From a virus (lineage: Duplodnaviria; Caudoviricetes): a stretch of DNA of 44,978 nucleotides. Position 1 is the first letter of the stretch. Each line of letters begins with the position of its first letter. The notes under the pieces are model-generated. The model was given only the letters and a program-made list of their open reading frames with translations, did no database searches and was not told the origin of the DNA. The stretch covers positions 1 through 44,978 of IMG/VR virus record IMGVR_UViG_3300018031_000011. The stretch is one strand, 5' to 3'. Both the position numbers and the translations under genes were made by a program. Positions 36,201-44,424 of the stretch are shown here, one piece after another.

Positions 36201-37747
36201 TGCCAAGTTATAAACTGAAGCGCGGTTCGGTTCAGGCAGGTTTCCAGGACAGCCGCGCAAAGATTGAGATATTCGCTGGGGCTTACGGTAACGGTAAGTC
36301 CACGGGAATGATTGTTAAAGGGTTGAAAGTTTGCAAGTTATATCCCGGCAGTCTTGGATTGATGGGTCGATCGACTTATCCAAGATTGAACGATACGTTG
36401 CGTCGCGACTTTTTTAAGTGGTGTCCCAGGAATTGGATTAAGCGTCGTCCTACGAAGGATGACAACACTTGCGTTTTGCAGGATGGCACGACCATTCACT
36501 TTCGGTACATCAGTCAGAAGGGAAAGAAGGCAGAGGATGGCAACACGGTCTCGAATCTCCTATCGGCATCTTATGATTGGGCCATTGTTGATCAGATTGA
36601 AGACCCGGAAATTACCCATAAGGATTTTCTTGACATCCTTGGCCGGCTTCGTGGGAGCACGCCTTTTAGAGAAGTCGAAGGGATGTCGGAAGAAGACATA
36701 ATGTCATGGCCCGCGTCTGGGCCACGTATGCTGTTCGTTGGTTGCAATCCGACGCGCAATTGGGTTTATCGTGAGTTAATTGCCCCACTGAAGTTGTGGA
36801 AAGACAAAGGAATCATGACTGAAAAGTTGCTCGTTGATAAGGAAACGATGCAACCTATCATGGAATTGTACGAAAGCGACGTTTACGCCAATAAAGACAA
36901 TCTCGATCCAGATTATATCAAGACGCTCGAGACTTCGTACAAAGGACAGATGTTCGATCGCTATGTGATGGGCAAGTGGGTTGCCTACGAAGGATTGGTG
37001 CATCCTGCGTTTGATCCGGCAATTCATTTTTTGTCGCGTCAAGATATTATGGATTATCTTATTGAGTTGAAACAAAACCATGTGGAAGTGCGCGCGCTCG
37101 AAGGTTATGACTTTGGGAATACATCGCCGAGTTGTTACGTTTTGGCATTTGTTGATAATTGGGGTCGCGTGATTATTGTTGATGGATTCTACTTACCAGA
37201 TTTCAATTATCAGCATCAGCCGGCGAAGGTCAATGAGATCAGACTGAAGTATATGGGATTGATTAATTTTGAAGATCCTATCATTGCAGATCCAGATATC
37301 TTCAGGAAAAAAGTTGTCGCGCATCGCGATACAGGCACGTCAATTGCGAAGCTTTTGACCGAAGGCGGTATGGATTTGCGTCCAGGATTTAATGACATCG
37401 TGTCAGGTATTGCCAAGGTTAACGCATATCTATCGGATAAGATCGGTTGCAGACATTTGTTGACTGGTGAACCTAACGGACCTATGCTGTATGTCTGCGA
37501 CGATCTTACGTGGTACGAAGGCGAAATCACTAACTATTACTGGAAAAAGAATCCGTTCGGCGAGAAAATCGACGAGCCTCAAGACACGAATGATCACGCG
37601 ATGAATACGACCAAGTATCTGTTGTCGTTCTTGCCCGAACCTGCTGACGTTGTCATCCCGACGAAGCTCCTTCCGCCAGACTGGATGTTCTGGCGAGAGA
37701 TGGAGCCTGAAGAGTACACGGCGTCAATCAATCGCCGGTACCAATAA
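36200..37747 (+). CDS. terL: Terminase large subunit
   Basis: GAYGNGKS Walker A, AIVDQ Walker B, GCNP motif C, GYDFG nuclease, DTNDHAM. Confidence 0.92.
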   Translation: MPSYKLKRGSVQAGFQDSRAKIEIFAGAYGNGKSTGMIVKGLKVCKLYPGSLGLMGRSTYPRLNDTLRRDFFKWCPRNWIKRRPTKDDNTCVLQDGTTIHFRYISQKGKKAEDGNTVSNLLSASYDWAIVDQIEDPEITHKDFLDILGRLRGSTPFREVEGMSEEDIMSWPASGPRMLFVGCNPTRNWVYRELIAPLKLWKDKGIMTEKLLVDKETMQPIMELYESDVYANKDNLDPDYIKTLETSYKGQMFDRYVMGKWVAYEGLVHPAFDPAIHFLSRQDIMDYLIELKQNHVEVRALEGYDFGNTSPSCYVLAFVDNWGRVIIVDGFYLPDFNYQHQPAKVNEIRLKYMGLINFEDPIIADPDIFRKKVVAHRDTGTSIAKLLTEGGMDLRPGFNDIVSGIAKVNAYLSDKIGCRHLLTGEPNGPMLYVCDDLTWYEGEITNYYWKKNPFGEKIDEPQDTNDHAMNTTKYLLSFLPEPADVVIPTKLLPPDWMFWREMEPEEYTASINRRYQ

Positions 37748-37762
37748 CGTGTGAGTCACACA

Positions 37763-38149
37763 ATGCCGTGGGTTCCAGACGAGTTCCTAAAGCTTTATCG
37801 TGACCTTAATGCGTCGATGGTCACGGTCGTTCAGGGTATACAAAACATTGAACGGCATACGAGACGCTTAGAGAGAAGGATGGACGAAATGGCGAAGTCA
37901 AATCAAGCAATTATTGATGAGGTGCGCCAGATTCGCGGCTTCGTTGCGAGTCTCAAGGCGGCGTTCGATGGTCTGCAGCAGCGCATTACCGATCTTCTGA
38001 AGGACGGCGAAGTCGACGATGCGGTCGTCGCTGAAGTCGATACCGCGTTCAACGAGGCGAAGGATGCCGCGGCTGCGATCGGACAGGCGGTTGTCACCAA
38101 TCCGACGCCGGCTGATCCAGTGCCGCCTCCGCTTCCGCCCGGTGCCTAA
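37763..38149 (+). CDS. Hypothetical coiled-coil protein with Pro-rich tail
   Basis: ATG 1 nt after palindrome 37749. Confidence 0.6.
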   Translation: MPWVPDEFLKLYRDLNASMVTVVQGIQNIERHTRRLERRMDEMAKSNQAIIDEVRQIRGFVASLKAAFDGLQQRITDLLKDGEVDDAVVAEVDTAFNEAKDAAAAIGQAVVTNPTPADPVPPPLPPGA

Positions 38150-38177
38150 GCGCGTGTGATTCACACAGGAGAGTGTT

Positions 38178-38741
38178 ATGACGGATGCCCGCCTCCTCGC
38201 AGCAAAAGCCATTATCGATTTCGAAGCGCGACGCGACAAGCAAGGTCACTTGATGGTGTATGCGTTGCCGCCCAACGATGGTGGTGGTCGTTTCGAGGTG
38301 GCGGGTATTAACGAGCGTTACAACCCGGCCGAGTGTGCGCATCTTGTTGAATTGATTGGCGCGAAGAAGTTTGCCGAAGCAGAGACTTATGCGCAGGAAG
38401 TCATTGCTCGCGATACGGATGGGGCTGAGAAGTGGCACACCGATCCTGGTGTTCAATTCTTTTTGCGTGACAGTATATTCAATCGTGGACTGCACGGTGC
38501 GGCGCGTATCCTTCAGCGTGCTGTGAAAGTCAAAGATGATGGCATTGTGGGACCGATCACGAGGGCTGCTATTGCAAAGATCGACCCCGATGACTTGCTC
38601 GATGCGTTGCGAGCAGCGCGCGAAGACTATGAAAGGCATGTAGTCGGTTTTCGTGCGAACTTCTGGAAGGGGCTGGTGCATCGATGGGACAACGCACTCA
38701 AAGTTGCACAGAAGATGGACGTCAATACTAACGTAGCATGA
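38178..38741 (+). CDS. Endolysin, glycoside hydrolase 108-like with peptidoglycan-binding segment
   Basis: FEA..DGGG..EVAGIN; LQRAVKVKDDGIVGPIT; FWKGLVHR. Confidence 0.8.
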   Translation: MTDARLLAAKAIIDFEARRDKQGHLMVYALPPNDGGGRFEVAGINERYNPAECAHLVELIGAKKFAEAETYAQEVIARDTDGAEKWHTDPGVQFFLRDSIFNRGLHGAARILQRAVKVKDDGIVGPITRAAIAKIDPDDLLDALRAAREDYERHVVGFRANFWKGLVHRWDNALKVAQKMDVNTNVA

Positions 38742-38752
38742 AGGAGGGTTGA

Positions 38753-39124
38753 ATGGCGAACGGTTCTGCGGCTCCTGCGCTGTCTATACAAACACAACAA
38801 CTGATCGCGCAGGTCATATCGATTGCTGGCATGTTGGCAGTCGGCTTCGGCTTTATGACGTCGGAGCAAGTTGCTGGGCTAACGACGAACATTCTGGCGG
38901 TTATCGGTCCGCTGATGACGATCGGCGGGCTTGCGTATTCGTTGTTCACGGCACGTAAGAATGCTGTCGTTACAGCGGTTGCCGCACTTCCTGAAGTTCG
39001 AGCCGTCGTTACCGAGAATACTCCAGACGGTCGTACCTTGGCGCATTCGGACAATACGCCGTCCAATGTTGTTGTCGGCCAGCCTCCAGGCTCGCCGATC
39101 CCTGTGACGCCGGCACATCCGTGA
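38753..39124 (+). CDS. Putative holin
   Basis: Two TM helices; directly after the endolysin; AAGGAGG RBS. Confidence 0.7.
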   Translation: MANGSAAPALSIQTQQLIAQVISIAGMLAVGFGFMTSEQVAGLTTNILAVIGPLMTIGGLAYSLFTARKNAVVTAVAALPEVRAVVTENTPDGRTLAHSDNTPSNVVVGQPPGSPIPVTPAHP

Positions 39125-39396
39125 CGTACGTCAAGATCATACTAGCGCTGTTCCAGATCATCGAGGCAATTCTCGATTGGTCTAAGGAGCAGCGCTTTAA
39201 ACAGGAGGGTGCCGATGAAGAAATCGCCAAGGCAGCTATTCGCACTCTCCAAAAAACTGAATATGCCAAGCGCATGCTTACTCAGGCTCACAGCATGTCT
39301 GAGTCTGACATTCTTGACTACTTGCAGTCACTTGAGCCCGCTGGTAACGGACAGCTTCTGCCAGACGTATCAGCCCCTAATCCAACAAAAGGGTGA
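39121..39396 (+). CDS. Putative inner-membrane spanin (Rz-like)
   Basis: N-terminal hydrophobic anchor and helical body; follows the holin. Confidence 0.55.
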   Translation: MTYVKIILALFQIIEAILDWSKEQRFKQEGADEEIAKAAIRTLQKTEYAKRMLTQAHSMSESDILDYLQSLEPAGNGQLLPDVSAPNPTKG

Positions 39397-39493
39397 CGCA
39401 GCAATTAAAGTGCCTAAAACGGTTCTGGATCGTATTTATGCCAACGAGAAAACTTACCGAGACAACTGTGTGAGTCACACAAATGGCAACTGA
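39263..39493 (+). CDS. Putative outer-membrane lipoprotein spanin (Rz1-like)
   Basis: MPSACLLRLTACLSLTFLTTC lipobox-like signal; DSFCQTYQP...C; overlaps the i-spanin in another frame. Confidence 0.6.
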   Translation: MPSACLLRLTACLSLTFLTTCSHLSPLVTDSFCQTYQPLIQQKGDAAIKVPKTVLDRIYANEKTYRDNCVSHTNGN

Positions 39494-41711
39494 GGACCTA
39501 TACGATCTTTTCGATATCGATGAGGCTCTCAAGCCAGTTAGGGTTAAGGAGAAGCCTCAGCCGCTTTATCAGATTTACGAGGGTAGCCGAATTGCGGTTG
39601 GCAAGGCCCTTGGTAAAATGTGCCAGCGAAAGGTCGAGGCAGCCAAAAAGGCGTATGAGCATATTTACAACATTTGGGAAGAAGTTTTTCGCTATTACAA
39701 TCACGATCAATCGCGTACCCAGAACACTCCGCGTGGCGTTTTCAAGCGCGGAGACGGTACTGAGAATATCGTTTTCAGCAATCTGAACGTGATGTTGCCT
39801 GCGGTCTACAGCAAAGACCCGGACATCACTTGTTCGGCCAGTGACGAAACAGACGAGCCGTTCCTGCGCACGTTAGCCGCGTTGATTAATGGCCTTTTCA
39901 AGCGCAAGGACGGTTTGAACGCGAAGCCACATATCAAGAAGGCGGCCGGGATGGGGCTGCTCACGAATTGCGGCATCATCAAGTTGAATTTTACACGCAA
40001 GAGTGATTCCAAAGAATTGGCGCTTCAGGAAATGGAGCGCATGACTCAACAACTTGCGAAGTGCGAGACGCAGGAGGAAGTCGATGAAATCTACGGCGAG
40101 TTTGAAGCGCTGGAACGTAACATGGAAGTGCTCGAGCCCTCTGGATTCAGTCTCGGAAACACGTTGCCGCACAATTTGGTTGTCGATCCATATGCCGAGG
40201 AACCGGACGGCATGGATGCAAGGTGGATGGCGGAACGAGTTTTCTTCCAGACCAATTATCTCACCGCGCGCTTTACGAGGCCCGAGGATGAGGATGAAGC
40301 AGAGGACGACTCCTACGCCAATACAAATCGTGTCCTTATCTACAAGCCAACGCATAAAGCACGGTTTGTCACTGGAGAGGGCGGAAACCGTGACGATGGC
40401 GTCGGTCTGGTTATGGAAGCGATCAATGCCCGTGACAGTGTACCGACGAGCAATACGGAAGACGAACGTACAGCTTATATCAACATGTATTATACCGAGT
40501 GTTGGTATTTCTGGGATAAGGCTACGCGACGTTTACTCTTGTTCAGCGCGCAGGACTGGTCTTGGCCGATATGGGTCTGGGACGATCCACTTGGGATAAC
40601 GCGATTCTTTCCGTATTTCATCATGGCGTTCGTGATGAGCACTGGGGGGACCATCAGTGCCGGCGAAACTGCGTACGTATTGGATCAGCAGGACGAAATT
40701 AACGATATCGCTCGACAACAAGCACGTATACGCCGTTCGATCTTCGATTTTTTCTTTTATAATACGGACAAAATCAAAAAGGATGAAGCTGAAAAGTTTG
40801 TCAAGGCGCTACGTGGCCAGACCCAAGGTGGCAAGCATGCTATCGGAATTGCGGCTGGAGAACTCGATATTTCTAAGTGTATCGAGGCGATGGCGCCACC
40901 GTCTGCACATTACGAGAAATTATTCGACAAGGAGCCAGTCTTAGCATCAGTCAATCGAATCACGAACACCAGCGATGCGTTGCGCGGTGTGCAGTTCAAG
41001 ACAAACACGACAGAGGATGCTGTCCAGTCCTACATGGAATCGTTGAAGCTTAGCGTCGGCGCAAAAGTCGATGTTGTGGAAGATACTGTCGCCGATGTAG
41101 CTCGGTCAGTCGCCGAAATCGCTGTGCAATTCCTGGACGAGGAGGAAGTTGCTGGTATCATCGGTGAGAGTCTTGCGCAGAACTGGCAGAATATGACTGT
41201 CGAAGACTTCCGGGCGAATTACAATGTCAACATCATTGCCGGCAGTATGGAGAAGCCGAATAGCATCTTCAAAAAGAAGGAGGCGGTTGAGATTTGTCAG
41301 GCAGTCGGTCAATTTGCACAGGCTGCGCCGGGCACAACACTCAGAATTATGCTCAAGGTGTTGTCTAATGCGTTTACGGACGTGAATATTAAGCCCGAAG
41401 ATTGGGCAGCGCTTGACGCCGAGATCAAGGCAAATCTTGCTCGTGGCGTTAGTGATGGTTCGTCTCCTGGAGGAGGTGGCGCACCTGGAGGAGCACCGCA
41501 AGGCGGTGGAGATGATTTACGGGCTCAAGCACAAAGTCTGCCCCCGGAAATCAAACAAAAAATCGTGCAGATGAAAAACTCAGGGGCGTCGCCCGAACAA
41601 CTCAAGGCGGCGATCCTGCAGGCTGTCCAGCAACAAAGCAACTCCGGTCAGCAGCAACAGCAGCAGCCCGGTAGTCCTCAGCAAAGGAGTATAACAAATG
41701 GCGCCGCGTAA
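39483..41711 (+). CDS. Portal protein
   Basis: 742 aa; ENIVFSN..VMLPAVY, DQQDEIN, Gln-rich C-terminal tail; precedes the scaffold and capsid genes. Confidence 0.8.
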   Translation: MATEDLYDLFDIDEALKPVRVKEKPQPLYQIYEGSRIAVGKALGKMCQRKVEAAKKAYEHIYNIWEEVFRYYNHDQSRTQNTPRGVFKRGDGTENIVFSNLNVMLPAVYSKDPDITCSASDETDEPFLRTLAALINGLFKRKDGLNAKPHIKKAAGMGLLTNCGIIKLNFTRKSDSKELALQEMERMTQQLAKCETQEEVDEIYGEFEALERNMEVLEPSGFSLGNTLPHNLVVDPYAEEPDGMDARWMAERVFFQTNYLTARFTRPEDEDEAEDDSYANTNRVLIYKPTHKARFVTGEGGNRDDGVGLVMEAINARDSVPTSNTEDERTAYINMYYTECWYFWDKATRRLLLFSAQDWSWPIWVWDDPLGITRFFPYFIMAFVMSTGGTISAGETAYVLDQQDEINDIARQQARIRRSIFDFFFYNTDKIKKDEAEKFVKALRGQTQGGKHAIGIAAGELDISKCIEAMAPPSAHYEKLFDKEPVLASVNRITNTSDALRGVQFKTNTTEDAVQSYMESLKLSVGAKVDVVEDTVADVARSVAEIAVQFLDEEEVAGIIGESLAQNWQNMTVEDFRANYNVNIIAGSMEKPNSIFKKKEAVEICQAVGQFAQAAPGTTLRIMLKVLSNAFTDVNIKPEDWAALDAEIKANLARGVSDGSSPGGGGAPGGAPQGGGDDLRAQAQSLPPEIKQKIVQMKNSGASPEQLKAAILQAVQQQSNSGQQQQQQPGSPQQRSITNGAA

Positions 41712-42879
41712 TCTGATGAATTCGACTGCGATGGATACGGTTTTCGGCAACCTGGGAATGGACTCCCAAGATTTGGGGATGACCGATGACGACTTTGGTA
41801 ATGATCTTGGTGGCGACGACGATCCTGGTGGTGATGACCTGCAAGCGGGAGAAGAACAGGATGACTTCGGTCAGGATGATGCAGGAGAAGACGATGATCC
41901 GTTTGCGATCGATGACGGATTCGAAGACGGACAACAACAGCGGCGTGTGATTCACACACGGGACCGGCGCCAGCAAGACCGTCAGCCTCAACGTCAGCCG
42001 CAACGTCAAGCCGATCCTCAAGCAGCGCGAAAGTTCCGTCCCGATGGCAAAGGTAATGTCGTCAACGGGAAAGGCGAAGTTGTTGCGCGTGCTGGCAAAG
42101 AAGCTCGCATTTTCTGGAGTGGCGAGAAGCATCGTAAGACTTCGGAACGCTCTCAGTTACAACTGCGTGAGACTGCTGGACGCTTGAACAGAATCACTCA
42201 GATTGCGGAGCGTCTCTACAACGATAATAATTCGTACAAGGCTGAGCGTCAGGCGTTCGAGAAGCTCGGCCTGAAGGCGGAAGATCAAGTTTCTGCTATG
42301 CAGTTGTACACGCAGTTAACAAAGAACCCGAAAGAGACGCTCACGAAGTTGTTGACACGTGCAGCGGCAAATGGTATAACTCTAGATGCGAACAACTCCA
42401 ATGCCAACAACAACCAACTCCCTGCTGGTATTGCTGACATTGTGAAGGAAGTTCTCGGTGAGAAGCTGAAGCCCATCGAGACCTTCGTAACCACCCAACA
42501 GGCTCGCGAGGCTGCTCAACAGCGCGCGCAGCAGGATCGGGTGGCTGTGCAGTCCGAAGTTGAAGGTTGGTTTGCACAGAACCCTGCGGCTAGGCCCCAT
42601 GCCCAGGTGTTTCAAAGGGTGTTGCGTAACCCACAATTCGCCAACATGTCGTTGGGGGAAATCTGGGCACGTATTCAATTGAACCATGCGCGCAACCCTC
42701 AAAACGGTCGGCGCATGCGGGACAATTTGAACGGCAATCGTCGTTCCACCTCCCGACATCGGGGGAGTCCACCAAATGGTCGCGGAATGCCTCCTCAGGG
42801 TACTTCTGAGATGGCTGACGTTAACGCGTCATGGGACTCGATCGTCCGCGACGTACTCGATGCAAACGGCGTTGTGTGA
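41698..42879 (+). CDS. Capsid scaffolding protein
   Basis: Acidic N-terminus, coiled coils; between the portal and MCP genes. Confidence 0.7.
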   Translation: MAPRNLMNSTAMDTVFGNLGMDSQDLGMTDDDFGNDLGGDDDPGGDDLQAGEEQDDFGQDDAGEDDDPFAIDDGFEDGQQQRRVIHTRDRRQQDRQPQRQPQRQADPQAARKFRPDGKGNVVNGKGEVVARAGKEARIFWSGEKHRKTSERSQLQLRETAGRLNRITQIAERLYNDNNSYKAERQAFEKLGLKAEDQVSAMQLYTQLTKNPKETLTKLLTRAAANGITLDANNSNANNNQLPAGIADIVKEVLGEKLKPIETFVTTQQAREAAQQRAQQDRVAVQSEVEGWFAQNPAARPHAQVFQRVLRNPQFANMSLGEIWARIQLNHARNPQNGRRMRDNLNGNRRSTSRHRGSPPNGRGMPPQGTSEMADVNASWDSIVRDVLDANGVV

Positions 42880-42901
42880 TTCACACAGGGAGATTTAGGT
42901 T

Positions 42902-43879
42902 ATGGCAGCGTTAGACACCGTTATCCACGCCATGCTTGAGCGTAGCCGTGCTAAGCTCATTATGGCGTCGGCGATATCCGGCTCGGTGAGCGCGTACCTT
43001 CATGCGAAGAAACGCGTTGTCATCGAAGACGGCGGCCCTGAGATCGGCAACCCGCTGATCAACAGCCTCAACCCGAACGTCACCTCGATGCAGTATTACG
43101 ATCAGGTGCCGGTCGACCAGACGAGCGAATTCATCACCGTGAGCTATTCGATGAGTCGCGTCGTCGGAAGCTTGATCATCTCCGATCAGGAAGAAGACGA
43201 AAACCAGGGCCGTGCAGTGATCTTCAAGATTCTCAAGGGCAAAATGATGGCCCTGGAAGAGTCCATTGCGCGTCAATTTGCTACGTATCATACGGCCGTC
43301 GGTACAGGCACCGATCCGAATGGTCTCGGCAACTTGATTCCAGCAGACCCGACAACTGGTACCATCGGCGGCATTTCGCTTGCTACCGAGGCTCAGTGGC
43401 GTCCATCGTCGTACGATTTCGATGGCTCGCTGAACCCGGAGAACATCGAGGAAGCGTTCGACGACATTCTCGAACTCGACCTGAACCGTGGCCAGACCAC
43501 GAACTCTGAGACTAAGGAGAAGCCGACTTGCATCTTCGCCGGTCGGAACATCTATCGCATGCACAAGGCCGCGGCTCGTGACAAGACCTCGATCCAACTC
43601 GGCGAGACCGGCTTCGGTAAGAAGCTGATCAACCTCGGCATCGTCGGCACAACGCACAATGGCGTGCCGCTCATGTTCGATGAGAAGTTGGCTGCGAACG
43701 ATGCCTACTTCATCAACGATTCATATCTGACCCTGCACATTCTACGTGGCGTCAATATGAAGATCAAGCAACTCGTCGCGCCATGGGACACCGACGCAAT
43801 CGGTCGCCGTACCGTCTGGGAAGGTCAGTTGTGCTCCTGGAGGAACTACCGGACCCACGCGTACCTCACCAACACCTAA
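42902..43879 (+). CDS. Major capsid protein
   Basis: 325 aa; EDGG.EI, EEDENQG, GTIGGI, WEGQL...R motifs typical of this MCP type; strong RBS and codon bias. Confidence 0.85.
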   Translation: MAALDTVIHAMLERSRAKLIMASAISGSVSAYLHAKKRVVIEDGGPEIGNPLINSLNPNVTSMQYYDQVPVDQTSEFITVSYSMSRVVGSLIISDQEEDENQGRAVIFKILKGKMMALEESIARQFATYHTAVGTGTDPNGLGNLIPADPTTGTIGGISLATEAQWRPSSYDFDGSLNPENIEEAFDDILELDLNRGQTTNSETKEKPTCIFAGRNIYRMHKAAARDKTSIQLGETGFGKKLINLGIVGTTHNGVPLMFDEKLAANDAYFINDSYLTLHILRGVNMKIKQLVAPWDTDAIGRRTVWEGQLCSWRNYRTHAYLTNT

Positions 43880-43918
43880 TCGCTGTGTGACTCACACGGC
43901 TCTCTAAGGAGACAGGTT

Positions 43919-44386
43919 ATGTATATTGCACCGAAGATGGCTGGTACCAGGCTTTCGTACGTCGTGGTCAAGTTGGAAGGTACGTTGCAGCGAGACGTTA
44001 TCACTCCTGTACGTACGAAGAATCGCCACGACGGCAAGCCCGGTATGCTCACACTCAAGCGAGTCACAAAAGCTGTTCCGGCAGGTTGGCTCGTATACTT
44101 TCCGAAGGGACACGTGGTTCGTATCAAGGACTCTGAACATTTGGAACACTACGGCCTCGATCGCAAGCCGCAGTGGATCAACTTGAAGGGTCTACACAAT
44201 CCTGAGAGCGCCCTGGGCAAAATGATGAACGCCCAGGACGATGCAGCCCGCAAGCATGCCTATCAGGATATGGAGCAGGCAGTGATGCAATTAGCGATTG
44301 CCAAGAGCGGCCCGGTCATCATGCCGGAGCAAGTCAAGGCCGTTCGCTTCATCGAGGCGGGAGACTACACTACACCAACGTCCTAA
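43919..44386 (+). CDS. Hypothetical protein (capsid region)
   Basis: AAGGAG RBS; 155 aa. Confidence 0.7.
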   Translation: MYIAPKMAGTRLSYVVVKLEGTLQRDVITPVRTKNRHDGKPGMLTLKRVTKAVPAGWLVYFPKGHVVRIKDSEHLEHYGLDRKPQWINLKGLHNPESALGKMMNAQDDAARKHAYQDMEQAVMQLAIAKSGPVIMPEQVKAVRFIEAGDYTTPTS

Positions 44387-44424
44387 TCAACTATCTACCG
44401 TCCAACAGAAACAGGAGATAGGTT

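Larger units (their letters stand above)
128..43897. repeat. Dispersed perfect 13-bp palindrome GTGTGANTCACAC, 35 copies
   Basis: Starts read by eye: 128, 2653, 4313, 6768, 8689, 9692, 10598, 12080, 14674, 16111, 18350, 19822, 21873, 23680, 25048, 26615, 27782, 28380, 29088, 30349, 31168, 32621, 32967, 33361, 33676, 33938, 34327, 34519, 35725, 37749, 38154, 39468, 41945, 42874, 43885. Confidence 0.97.

Noticed and set aside
42911-43657. 248-aa antisense ORF over the major capsid gene
   Set aside because: A shadow ORF caused by codon bias, with no RBS or recognisable motifs.
128-43897. Palindromes as IS/MITE ends, REP elements or att sites
   Set aside because: No transposase, recombinase or integrase was seen, there are no target duplications, and the flanks are unrelated.
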